From contig JBBRNJ010000001.1 of assembly GCA_038230375.1 (NCBI GenBank), positions 96,001-160,000 of the forward strand: 64,000 nucleotides of DNA, given 5' to 3'. A program made the translations under genes and the position numbers. The notes beneath the pieces are model-generated. The model had not been told where the DNA came from, ran no database searches, and worked only from the letters and a program-made list of their open reading frames with translations. Shown here one piece after another: positions 19,912-28,949 of this stretch. Source of the stretch: Polyangiales bacterium (GTDB lineage Bacteria; Myxococcota_A; Polyangia; Polyangiales; Polyangiaceae). Position 1 is the first letter of the stretch. Each line of letters begins with the position of its first letter.

Positions 19912-20264
19912 GCGTTCGCTGCCGGCGTGACCTCCACGTCCCCGGCCTTTGCCTGCACGAGGGCGAGCGCACGCACCACGCTGGTGAGCTTCTCGTCGTA
20001 CTCGAGGCGGCGACGGCGCGTCATCAGCGACTCGCGGACGAGCCAGATGACGATCGGGTACATGAGAAAATCCACGCCGCGGCCAATGCCCACCGCATGC
20101 GCGAGCGCGGTGGCGCGGTCCGGAAACGCGATGAAGAGCGCGCCCACCAGGAACGCCGCCATCTCCAGCAGCACCGCGCGGCGGTTCTTTCCGCGAAGGC
20201 TGACCCAGTCGTACGCGACGATGCCAAGGACGAACGCCAGAAGAATGAACGCGCCGATGGTCAT
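19860..20264 (-). CDS. DUF2304-like small membrane protein
   Basis: FP...LA..VGIGRGVD.L.Y...EKLTSVVRALAL; coupled to the GT2 gene by an ATGA overlap. Confidence 0.8.
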   Translation of the reverse strand: MTIGAFILLAFVLGIVAYDWVSLRGKNRRAVLLEMAAFLVGALFIAFPDRATALAHAVGIGRGVDFLMYPIVIWLVRESLMTRRRRLEYDEKLTSVVRALALVQAKAGDVEVTPAANAQGSSLAPRQSAGPSAS

Positions 20265-20986
20265 GCGGCCTCCCCGAACAGGTACTGGAGAGCAAGATCG
20301 CGAATGATGCGCGCGGCACCGAACGCGCTCTGCCCCTTCGCGAGCGTGGACCTGGAGTAGCGGACAGAGACAGGGCGCTCGACGATCTCGAGCGACGGTG
20401 CGCCGGCCACGCGCAGCTTGATCTCCGTGGCGTGCGCCATCCGGTTCTGCTGGATCACGATGTGCTGCACCGCACGCGCGCTGAACGCACGCAGCCCGTT
20501 GTGCGCATCGGCCAGCGGAAGCCCGGTCAACATGCGCTCGAACCAGCGCGCCCCGAACAAGAGGAGCGCCCGCGCGCGCGGCACATTCGAGTCGCCAAGG
20601 AAGCGATTCCCGAATACCACGTCCGCACCGAGCAAGATCTCCTGCGCGAGCGCGAGGGCGTCCGTCGCGGAGTGCTGGCCATCCGAGTCCATGGTCACGT
20701 ACGCGTCGAAGCCGCGCATGACCGCGAGCTGGCGCGCCGTCTCCAGCGCAGCCCCCTGCCCCAGGTTGGTGACGTGACGTGCGAGCACGACCTGGAAGCC
20801 TTCGTTGGACGGCGGAAGCGTGGCCAGATCGATAGCGGGCTCGCTCCCGTCGTCGACAACGAAGACGGTGACGCAGTGCTCACGCGCGGCGTCACGCAGC
20901 GAGCCGAGCGTATCCATGAGCGCACGCCCTTCGTTCCGCGCTGGCATGAGCACGGCGATTCGGCGGCAACTTTCTCCGGAGCGCAT
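20261..20986 (-). CDS. Glycosyltransferase family 2 (polyprenol-phosphate sugar synthase-like)
   Basis: MPARNE, VDDGS, NLGQGAAL, TMDSDGQH, GNRF, DAHNGLRAF. Confidence 0.9.
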   Translation of the reverse strand: MRSGESCRRIAVLMPARNEGRALMDTLGSLRDAAREHCVTVFVVDDGSEPAIDLATLPPSNEGFQVVLARHVTNLGQGAALETARQLAVMRGFDAYVTMDSDGQHSATDALALAQEILLGADVVFGNRFLGDSNVPRARALLLFGARWFERMLTGLPLADAHNGLRAFSARAVQHIVIQQNRMAHATEIKLRVAGAPSLEIVERPVSVRYSRSTLAKGQSAFGAARIIRDLALQYLFGEAA

Positions 20987-21023
20987 GGACCGCGGTTTAC
21001 ACCAAACCCGGCTGCAATGGGCT

Positions 21024-21422
21024 ATGTTCGGAGCCGTGGGAGAAAGCACCGTCTACAGGCATCTCGACACCGTCACGCTGCTGGTGGGAACAGAGAGCCC
21101 GCTCGTGCAGAAGGCAAAGGCCCAGCTCGAGCAGGTGATGATCCGCGTCACACGTGCGGCGCACATTGCTGCTGCTTCGGAGCGCCTGCCCGTCGTCATG
21201 CCGCAGGCCGTGGTCCTGTTCGGTGCCGTGACGCAAGAGGAGCGGGAGAACCTGATCGACCGCGCGACGGCGATCGGCGCGCTGGTCTTCTACGTGGACG
21301 ACAAGCTGCCCCTGGATGACCTGGAGCCGCTCGTCGAGGGCATCGCAAAGGCCGCCGTGGAGCGCGGGCTCACCCGCGATCAGCCGCTGACACGCCCCGA
21401 GAACACCGTCAGAGATCCCTGA
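21024..21422 (+). CDS. Hypothetical protein (possible degenerate receiver-like fold)
   Basis: Alternating alpha/beta pattern, good codon bias, no recognisable catalytic motif. Confidence 0.55.
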   Translation: MFGAVGESTVYRHLDTVTLLVGTESPLVQKAKAQLEQVMIRVTRAAHIAAASERLPVVMPQAVVLFGAVTQEERENLIDRATAIGALVFYVDDKLPLDDLEPLVEGIAKAAVERGLTRDQPLTRPENTVRDP

Positions 21423-21438
21423 GCGCCATCAACGCTGA

Positions 21439-22368
21439 CTACGATGAACCGCCCCGCTCGTCGCGCCTGCGGAGGATCCACGCCAGACCCGCAAGGACCG
21501 CGGCGCCGATGCCAAGGCTGCTCGGCGCATCGGTGCTCGCATAGTCGCAGCGTCCGCAGCCGCCTCCGGCCGCAAGCGTGCGCGGGTTGATGATGGTGTC
21601 CTTGTTCGCGTGCATGCCCTGGATGGTCATGCGGTGAACCAGGAGCTCGCCGTCAACGAGGCCGAGCGCGCGCGACACGTTCGCGAACGACGATGCCTTA
21701 CCGTCCGAGCGGACCAGCCCCGTGCGGCTGTCCTTGGACTGCGGTCCATCGTACTCGCCCACCTTGGAGTCCAGGTCGGAGTCCTGCAGGTAGAGCGCGT
21801 GATCGAACTGGTCCTCCTTGTGCACGGTGCCGTCATGGATGTGCACGGTGGGAAAGAACACCTGGCCGCGCATGCGCGTCTTCCACTCGAATGCGATGGG
21901 GTGCGTGGAGCCAGCCAGTGACTTCAGCTGGAAGACGGCGAACCCGTAGTCGGCATACTCGGGGATCTGCGCCCAGACCTCCTTCTTGATCGAGAAGCGT
22001 GCGTCGAGGCGCGCGAAATCATCCACGGTGGGCACGAACGACGCAATGAAGTCGCCGACGTCGTGCACGGCCAGCACCGGCGTGGTCGCCACGCCCGCGC
22101 TCTTGCTGCGCGAGCCCAGGAGGTTCGACTCCGGCTTCTGCGGGAAGCCTTGCGCCAGATCTCCGAAGAGCTCCGGATACTCTTTCAGGTTCACCCACGA
22201 CACGGAGTCCTCGCGGGCGGGTATCGCCACGGGGAGCGGGAGGATCATCGCGACAGGCTCCGTGGCCGTGTACTGCATCTGATACGCGAGCACCTGCGTG
22301 TCAGCGCCTTTCAGACGGGCGAAGATTGTCGTCGCGTGGACCTCGGTCTTGGCGGTGAAGCAGCACAT
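21439..22368 (-). CDS. Hypothetical protein with C-terminal MYXO-CTERM-like sorting signal
   Basis: N-terminus MCCF; AMILPLP, HPIAFEW, FFPTVHIHDG; C-terminus GGGC...hydrophobic helix...RRR. Confidence 0.75.
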   Translation of the reverse strand: MCCFTAKTEVHATTIFARLKGADTQVLAYQMQYTATEPVAMILPLPVAIPAREDSVSWVNLKEYPELFGDLAQGFPQKPESNLLGSRSKSAGVATTPVLAVHDVGDFIASFVPTVDDFARLDARFSIKKEVWAQIPEYADYGFAVFQLKSLAGSTHPIAFEWKTRMRGQVFFPTVHIHDGTVHKEDQFDHALYLQDSDLDSKVGEYDGPQSKDSRTGLVRSDGKASSFANVSRALGLVDGELLVHRMTIQGMHANKDTIINPRTLAAGGGCGRCDYASTDAPSSLGIGAAVLAGLAWILRRRDERGGSS

Positions 22369-22419
22369 GGTTCACGCATAGTACGGCGCAACCGGGCGAA
22401 AGACCCCCGAGATGTGCGG

Positions 22420-23232
22420 TCAGACGACCTTCTGCTTCTTCTCCTTCGCGGGCGCACGCGGGCGCGAACGCGGCACGGTCAGCGCGGAGACGACGAGCGC
22501 GACATAGAAGGAGTACGAGGCCAGGGCGCCGACCAGACGAAGGCCATCGCCCACCGCCTGGTTCGACGCGCGGCTGGTCTCCTGCACGATTCCGACGGGA
22601 CCGGAGAGCTCCGGCCGCTCGGTGCCGGAGACCATTCGCATGACGCCGCGACCCATCACGGCGACGACACGGAACGGCTCGACGAGCCCGCGGCCGAGCG
22701 CGGCGCCCGGTGAGATGTCCCTGCGATCCATGGGCGGCCCGATGAGCATCTTGCCGCGGTGCATGCCCTCCCCATCCGGGGTGACCATGATGGTCCGCTG
22801 CGCGCCGCCGCGCTCCACACGCACCGCGACCGCTTCACCAGCGTGTTTCGCGACCTCCGTCTTCAACGTGGACCAGTCGGGTGTAGCCACGTCCCCGACG
22901 GCCAGGATGCGATCGCCCGTGAGCACGCCGGCGCGCGCAGCCGGTCCATCCGGCCCGACGTTCACGCGCATGGTGGTCTCGTCGATCGCGATCTCGCCCG
23001 AGATGACGAAGCCCAGTGTAACGACCAGCGCAACGCCCAGGTAGTAGCCGACGAAGCCTCCGACGGACGTGCCCACACGTCGTCCGAGCGAGACGTCCAC
23101 CCATGCGTCGTCGTTCAGCCCCAGCGCAGCCCGTATGCCGCGCACACCGAACAGGCGCGCGACGACGATCCGACCGAGAAAATAAGCCGCAAACAGCCCG
23201 ACGAGCGAGAGGACGGCGAGCACGAGCCCCAT
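22420..23232 (-). CDS. RseP/M50-like membrane PDZ protein lacking HEXXH
   Basis: xxLGxxxVARLFGVR, PAARAGVLTGDRILAV (PDZ), LSGPVGIV; metal ligands absent. Confidence 0.7.
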   Translation of the reverse strand: MGLVLAVLSLVGLFAAYFLGRIVVARLFGVRGIRAALGLNDDAWVDVSLGRRVGTSVGGFVGYYLGVALVVTLGFVISGEIAIDETTMRVNVGPDGPAARAGVLTGDRILAVGDVATPDWSTLKTEVAKHAGEAVAVRVERGGAQRTIMVTPDGEGMHRGKMLIGPPMDRRDISPGAALGRGLVEPFRVVAVMGRGVMRMVSGTERPELSGPVGIVQETSRASNQAVGDGLRLVGALASYSFYVALVVSALTVPRSRPRAPAKEKKQKVV

Positions 23233-23293
23233 ACGCCCACACCCTACACCAAGAAAACCGCACCAACGGGCCGTGGTGCGGCATCCTAGAGGC

Positions 23294-24490
23294 ATGCCGT
23301 GGTGGTTCGGTTACCTGACGCTCGGGGCGTGGCTCTTCGTGGTGGCGGGCGCGGCCGTCTCACGCGGGCGACAGTTCGCGACCTTCGCTGGCGTGATCCT
23401 CGGTATCCATTCGCTCATCGCCGTGGAGCTCGCGCCTATGTTCGCGCGCGTGGCTCCGCTTTTCATCGCGCTCCACATCGCGGTGTACGTGAACTTCCTG
23501 ATGCTCACGCGACCGCGCATGCGGCCGCTGCTCTACCGCCTGCTCGTGAGCTGGCCGGGCTCGTTCTTCTGGGCGGGCACGTTGCTCGCGCTCCCGCTCG
23601 CGGTCGCGCGTGCGTTCGGCCTGGAGCCGTCGTGGGGGATCGTGATCCCGTACGCGCTCTCGGCCATCGGCTTCATCCAGTCGCTGCGCACGCACGAGGA
23701 GGAGATCGATCTGGTGGTGGGCGACAACCACGCGGACACGCCGCACCCGCTACCGCATCCGCGCGGCAAGGCACGTGAAGAGCGCCCGCTGCGCATCGTG
23801 CAGATCTCCGACCCGCACATCGGGCCGTTCATGTCCGTGAACCGCCTGCGCCGCATTGCAGAGGACGCCGTCACGAAGAAGCCGGACCTCATCCTCCTCA
23901 CCGGCGATTTCCTCACCATGGAGTCGCAGAGCGATCCGGAGCTGTTGCGTCGCGCGTTCGAGCCCCTCGCGGCGATGAAGGGCCGCGTCCTGGCCTGTCA
24001 CGGCAACCACGATCTGGAGGCGCCCGAGACCGTGCGCACTGCCCTCACTGCGAACGGCATCAAGCTCCTGGTGGACGACGCAGCGGTCGTGGAGACCGAC
24101 GCGGGACCGGTGCACGTGGTGGGAATGGATTTCGCGTGGCGCGACCGCGCGCAGAAGATGAAGCGCGTGTGCGACGCCCACCCGCGCATCGAAGGCACCA
24201 CGCGCGTCGTGATGCTCCACGATCCGGGCGCGTTCAAGCACCTTCCAGAGGGCGAGGCCGATCTGGTGCTGTCTGGACACACGCACGGCGGACAGGTCGG
24301 TCTGCTCAGCCTGGGTCTGTCATGGACGTTCCTGCGCTTGTTCGGGCTCAAGATCCCGGACCACGGCTTCTGGGCGCGCGGCCGCGACCGCATGTACGTT
24401 CACCGCGGCACCGGGCACTACGGATTTCCGCTGCGGCTGGGCGTGCCCTCGGAAGAGAGCGTCCTCTCCGTGCACCGCGCGAAGGCCTGA
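23294..24490 (+). CDS. Membrane-bound calcineurin-like metallophosphoesterase (YkuE-like)
   Basis: SDPHIG, LTGDF, GNHD, LHDP, SGHTHGGQ; N-terminal TM helices. Confidence 0.9.
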   Translation: MPWWFGYLTLGAWLFVVAGAAVSRGRQFATFAGVILGIHSLIAVELAPMFARVAPLFIALHIAVYVNFLMLTRPRMRPLLYRLLVSWPGSFFWAGTLLALPLAVARAFGLEPSWGIVIPYALSAIGFIQSLRTHEEEIDLVVGDNHADTPHPLPHPRGKAREERPLRIVQISDPHIGPFMSVNRLRRIAEDAVTKKPDLILLTGDFLTMESQSDPELLRRAFEPLAAMKGRVLACHGNHDLEAPETVRTALTANGIKLLVDDAAVVETDAGPVHVVGMDFAWRDRAQKMKRVCDAHPRIEGTTRVVMLHDPGAFKHLPEGEADLVLSGHTHGGQVGLLSLGLSWTFLRLFGLKIPDHGFWARGRDRMYVHRGTGHYGFPLRLGVPSEESVLSVHRAKA

Positions 24491-24538
24491 GCCGGGGACT
24501 GCGCTCAAGGATTCCGGTGGGGCGTCGTTCGATGTTTC

Positions 24539-25624
24539 GTGAACATCCCGCTTCACGCTCCGATCCCCATCCGTTTGCTCGCGAAGAGCGGCAAATGGCT
24601 GCTCGAGGTGGAGCGCTATGTCGCGGTGCGTGCGCAGCTCTTCCGGCCGCGCCGCGAGACGGTCGAGGGCGAAGGCGCGATCCTGCGCGCGCTCTCCGCT
24701 TCCGAAGATGGTGACCTCACCGATACGGCGCGCACGCTCATGCGCGGCGGCCTTCTGCCCGAGCGCTGCTACGACGTGGTGGAGGGCGGCTTCTCGGAAG
24801 CGGCGCTCCCAGACAGCATCCCCGACGCGAAGCCCGCGGAGGAGCGAGCCCGCGCGGAGGAGCAAGAGATCATGCGCCTCCGCGATCAGCTCCTCACGCT
24901 GCACGCGAAGGTCGAACGGCTGCGAACACAGGTCACCGATCTGGAGCACGGCGCGCCGCCGAAGCAGCTCCTGCACGCCAACGCCGAGCCGCGCGCAACA
25001 AAGCAGACAGCGCCGTCCCCGATCGCACCGTCGGCGGGTCAGGATCTGCTCGCGGACGACTCCTCCGATCTCGCGGGCCGCGATCTGCTCGCCGACGACT
25101 CCTCCAATCTTGCTGGCCGCGATCTGCTCGCTGACGATGCGCCTGCGGAGGCGCCCGCGCTCGATCTGGGCACCACGCAGAAGCACGTGGAGGCGCTGGA
25201 TGTGCTCCTGCTCGGCGCTGCGACGTTCAGCGAGAGCACCGAGGCGACGACGCCCGGCCTCCTCATGATCGATGAGTCGTACTTCGTGTCCAAGCTCGCG
25301 AACGAGTCGGGAGAGTGCGTGGGTGCGCTTCTCGTCGACGGGCGGACGTTGAAGACGCTCGGCGCTGCGATCCGCGGGCTCTCGAAGGAGGAGACGGAGG
25401 TGGAGCTATCGAGTGACGACGCCAGCGACACGGTGCTCGCCGGCATCAAGGACCTCGCGAGCGCGATGGTCACGGTCCTCGCGAAGAATCCCGCGAATCC
25501 GACGATCTTCGCGTGCGACGCAGAGAAGCTCGATCCGGTCGAGCTGCCGTGGCTGTTCGATGCGCAGAAGCGCGTGGACCTGGACGATTCGCTGGGCGGT
25601 CACGTGCTCCTCATCGGAAAGTGA
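24539..25624 (+). CDS. Coiled-coil protein with 13-aa repeats and a possible CheX/CheC-like C-terminal domain
   Basis: Heptad segment, 3x AGxDLLADDxxxx, C-terminal VGALLVD...LGAAIRGL...IKDLASAM pattern. Confidence 0.55.
   Translation: MNIPLHAPIPIRLLAKSGKWLLEVERYVAVRAQLFRPRRETVEGEGAILRALSASEDGDLTDTARTLMRGGLLPERCYDVVEGGFSEAALPDSIPDAKPAEERARAEEQEIMRLRDQLLTLHAKVERLRTQVTDLEHGAPPKQLLHANAEPRATKQTAPSPIAPSAGQDLLADDSSDLAGRDLLADDSSNLAGRDLLADDAPAEAPALDLGTTQKHVEALDVLLLGAATFSESTEATTPGLLMIDESYFVSKLANESGECVGALLVDGRTLKTLGAAIRGLSKEETEVELSSDDASDTVLAGIKDLASAMVTVLAKNPANPTIFACDAEKLDPVELPWLFDAQKRVDLDDSLGGHVLLIGK
25033..25150 (+). repeat. 39-nt coding tandem repeat (3 copies)
   Basis: gatctgctcgcNgacga recurs at 39-nt spacing. 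Confidence 0.8.
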
Positions 25625-25637
25625 TAGAACGTCGGAC

Positions 25638-26096
25638 GTGCTGATCCATCTGCTCCGTACATCCTTGTCCGAAGGTGACTCCGACTCCCACCGCTTCCTC
25701 ACGCAGGAAGGACGCCGGCTCGTGCGCGCGCTGGGCACAAAGTTCAAGGACTACGAACCGGGCTTCGACCGCATCGTGACGAGTGCGTCGCCCGCCTCCG
25801 TGCAGACCGCGGAGCTCTTCGCCGAGCGCGTGGACTACGTATCAGTCATCGAGGTGATGCCGTCGCTCGCGCCCGGAGTCCCGGCGCAGATCGCCGGAGC
25901 GCTGCTGCAGGCGCGCGGAGAGTCCATCGTGGTCGTCGCCGAAGAGCCGGGCCTCTCTGCGCTGGGTGCATTCCTGGTCGGACGACCGACATTCCCGCCC
26001 GGCATGCCCGCGCAGCTGTCGGCGATCCGTGATCGCACTCCGGAGTGGTATCAGCGTCCAGGCGACGCAGGGCGTGGTCTCCTGCACGTGGCCTGA
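25638..26096 (+). CDS. SixA-like histidine phosphatase-family protein with degenerate active site
   Basis: LLRTS (cf. RHG), D..R.LT.EGR, IVTS...QTAE, VVAEEP (cf. GHEP). Confidence 0.7.
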   Translation: MLIHLLRTSLSEGDSDSHRFLTQEGRRLVRALGTKFKDYEPGFDRIVTSASPASVQTAELFAERVDYVSVIEVMPSLAPGVPAQIAGALLQARGESIVVVAEEPGLSALGAFLVGRPTFPPGMPAQLSAIRDRTPEWYQRPGDAGRGLLHVA

Positions 26097-26103
26097 GCCA
26101 CGC

Positions 26104-26562
26104 CTACTTGCTGAGCGGACGCTTCGAGTCGGGTCGCTTCGACTCGGGGATGCGCACGACCTCGCTGGTAGGGGCGACGGAGGAGTAGGGGGCGCTGGGG
26201 CGCGTCTTCCGAACCAGCGCGCTCATCTCGTTGCGAATGGACTCGTTCTCGGTAGAGAGCTCCTCCACGCGACGCACGAGGATCGCGACGCGCATCGCGA
26301 GCAACCTGACCTCCGCCTCCAGCGAGCCGTGTGCGCGTTCTCCTGCACGGGGGTCCAGGACGGGCGGCGTTGTCAGCGGCCGTGCGGCTTCCGCAGCGAC
26401 GGAGACGGCGGCAAATTCGCGCGGTGTCGGCGCCGTGGCGGAGACGATCCCATCATCCCAGCGCGACCCAGGTCTTGCTCCGTGCATGCTCGCCGTTGAG
26501 CAAGGCCCGTTCCGATCGTGTTTCCCGGAGATCTCGCCCGTGGAGGGCCCGAAACCTTTCAT
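26104..26562 (-). CDS. Hypothetical small coiled-coil protein
   Basis: [33 protein letters not shown] heptads; start uncertain. Confidence 0.45.
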   Translation of the reverse strand: MKGFGPSTGEISGKHDRNGPCSTASMHGARPGSRWDDGIVSATAPTPREFAAVSVAAEAARPLTTPPVLDPRAGERAHGSLEAEVRLLAMRVAILVRRVEELSTENESIRNEMSALVRKTRPSAPYSSVAPTSEVVRIPESKRPDSKRPLSK

Positions 26563-26650
26563 TTCTGAAGTGCCGGAGTGCGGGGGTGAACGGAACGCTC
26601 GAACTGGGTTGTCACTTTCACTCGCGAGCAGCCTTGCTATGGTCGCGCGG

Positions 26651-27994
26651 ATGGGACGTATCTATCGCTCGCTTCCGGCTGCCGGCACCAGGATCGGCCT
26701 CGCGTTCTCCGGTGGTCTCGACACGCGTTGCGCGGTTGCCTGGATGAGCCGCGAAGGCCTTGCAGTGCATGGCTATACGGCGGATCTGGGCCAACCGGAT
26801 GAGAAGGATCCGGCTGAAATCCCGGCGATCGCGATGACCCATGGCGCCGTGGCCGCGAAGCTCGTCGACTGCCGCGAGTCGCTCGCGCGCGAAGGGATCA
26901 TCGCGCTCCAGTGCGGCGCGTTCCACCTGTCGTCCGGCGGCAAGAAGTACTTCAACACCACACCGCTCGGCCGCGCCGCCACCACCACGGCCATCGTCCG
27001 CACCATGCGCGAAGACGGCGTGGACGTGTTCTCCGACGGCAGCACGCACAAGGGAAACGACATCCAGCGGTTCTATCGCTACGGCGTGCTCGTGAACCCC
27101 GAGCTGAAGATCTACAAGCCGTGGCTCGACCCGAAGTTCGTGAGCGCGTTCGGCGGCCGCACGGAGATGAGCGAGTACCTCCTTTCGGTCGGCCTTCCCT
27201 ACAAGATGGGCACGGAGAAGGCATACAGCACCGACGCGAACGCGCTCGGCGCAACGCACGAGGCGAAGGACCTGGAGCGCCTGGACGTGGGCATGACGAT
27301 CGTGGAGCCCATCATGGGCGTGCGCCACTGGGACGACACGGTGAAGATCGCGCGAGAGACCGTGACCATCGAGTTCGCGCAGGGTCGCCCTGTCTCCATC
27401 GGCGGCAAGAAGTGTGAGACCGCATTCGACGCGATCAAGATCGCGAACGAGATCGGTGGGCGGCACGGCCTGGGGATGAGCGACCAGATCGAGAACCGCG
27501 TGATCGAGGCGAAGAGCCGCGGCATCTACGAGGCGCCCGGCATGGCCCTCCTGCATCTCGGCTACGAGCGCTTGCTCAGCGCCATCCACAACGAGAACAC
27601 GATGGACGTGTACTTCACGTTCGGCCGCAAGCTGGGGCGCTTGCTCTACGAGGGCCGCTGGTTCGATCCGGAGTCGATGATCCTGAAGGACGCGCTCGTG
27701 CGGTGGCTGGCGCCCAGCATCACGGGCAAGGTCACCATCGAGCTACGTCGCGGCGACGACTACAGCATCGAGAAGACGGAGGCCACGTACATGGCCTACG
27801 ATCCGGACAAGCTCTCCATGGAGCGCGTGGCAAGCTCGTTCACGCCGGAGGACCGCATTGGTGCGCTGGAGATGTTGAACCTCTCCACGCTCGACAACCG
27901 CGCGCTCCTTCTCCATCACGCATCGCAGCTGCGCGCGCTTGCCGCGCTGGCGGAGGGCCCCGAGGCCGGCTCCGTCATGAAGCTCCTGGAATAG
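26651..27994 (+). CDS. argG: Argininosuccinate synthase (E. coli-like type)
   Basis: [74 protein letters not shown]. Confidence 0.97.
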   Translation: MGRIYRSLPAAGTRIGLAFSGGLDTRCAVAWMSREGLAVHGYTADLGQPDEKDPAEIPAIAMTHGAVAAKLVDCRESLAREGIIALQCGAFHLSSGGKKYFNTTPLGRAATTTAIVRTMREDGVDVFSDGSTHKGNDIQRFYRYGVLVNPELKIYKPWLDPKFVSAFGGRTEMSEYLLSVGLPYKMGTEKAYSTDANALGATHEAKDLERLDVGMTIVEPIMGVRHWDDTVKIARETVTIEFAQGRPVSIGGKKCETAFDAIKIANEIGGRHGLGMSDQIENRVIEAKSRGIYEAPGMALLHLGYERLLSAIHNENTMDVYFTFGRKLGRLLYEGRWFDPESMILKDALVRWLAPSITGKVTIELRRGDDYSIEKTEATYMAYDPDKLSMERVASSFTPEDRIGALEMLNLSTLDNRALLLHHASQLRALAALAEGPEAGSVMKLLE

Positions 27995-28001
27995 GGGCGA
28001 C

Positions 28002-28811
28002 GTGGGGGCGAAAGACGCGCGCGCGCGACCGACGTTCTCTCGCGTGCGGGGCGGCCTGCGCATCGGGAGGCATTTCTTCACCCGCCGTGCCCTCTCGCCT
28101 GCGGTCGAGAACGGCGAAAAACCTCGCGGCATCGTCGACGCGATGTCTGCGCTCGCGCACCCGGGCATCGACGTCAGCAAAGTGCATGCGGCGGTGCAGC
28201 CATTCTTCACGGACACCGCAAGCCTCGAGCTCTTCATCCGGAGCGCGTGGCGGTTTCCCTTCTCGGTGGTGTGGTTCTTCGCGAGGCCATTTTTCAGGCT
28301 GATCGGCCAGTTCGCGCTCCCCGCGAAGGAGGCGACGATCGAGACGGAGGTGCAGCCGCTCGACCCCACGGCGGACGGCCGTGACGACGCGCGCGCCATC
28401 ATCCGGACGTACCGGGGCAGCGACGAGACCATGCAGGCCGTCGCATACGCGACCTGGCAGCGCGGAGAGAAGCACTTCATGAGCGCGGCGTTCCCGCTTC
28501 CCTTCTGTCAGCTCACGGGGATCCTGCGCCTTGATCCCGCCGCGAAGGGCGAAGGCGAAGACGCCGGGGTGACGCTCACGTCCGAGCGCAAGGACGGCGA
28601 CGATGCCGGCGTGTACCTGGTGGTGGGGCCCCTTGCAGTCCGCACGCCGTTCGGAGAGCGCTTCTCGCTGTGGCCTGCGACGTCCTCGGTCGTGGCGAAG
28701 GAAGCGTACGAGAGACCGAGCTCGACGATCATCGGCGTGCACGAGCAGACCTTCCTGGGCGTGCGAATGGTGACGCACCACTACTGGTTCCGCCCGCGAG
28801 CTCAGGACTGA
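28002..28811 (+). CDS. Hypothetical protein (resembles the C-terminal domain of YndJ-like proteins)
   Basis: D.SKVH.AV..FF..T, GQF.LP, RA.IRTY, MSAAFPLP, DAGVY pattern; family call tentative. Confidence 0.55.
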   Translation: MGAKDARARPTFSRVRGGLRIGRHFFTRRALSPAVENGEKPRGIVDAMSALAHPGIDVSKVHAAVQPFFTDTASLELFIRSAWRFPFSVVWFFARPFFRLIGQFALPAKEATIETEVQPLDPTADGRDDARAIIRTYRGSDETMQAVAYATWQRGEKHFMSAAFPLPFCQLTGILRLDPAAKGEGEDAGVTLTSERKDGDDAGVYLVVGPLAVRTPFGERFSLWPATSSVVAKEAYERPSSTIIGVHEQTFLGVRMVTHHYWFRPRAQD

Positions 28812-28929
28812 CTTCGACTTCGACTTCGACTTCGACATCGACATCGACATCGACATCGACATCGACCTCGACCTCGACCTCGACCTCGACCTCGACCTCG
28901 ACCTCGACCTCGACCTCGACTTCGACCTC
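28810..28929 (+). repeat. GACNTC hexamer microsatellite, 20 units in blocks
   Basis: (GACTTC)4(GACATC)5(GACCTC)9 GACTTC GACCTC. Confidence 0.95.
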
Positions 28930-28949
28930 GATGGTGGCAGACTGTTGGA

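Noticed and set aside
26231..26650. N-terminal extension of argG
   Set aside because: ArgG similarity begins near 26651; the extension is low complexity and overlaps an opposite-strand ORF
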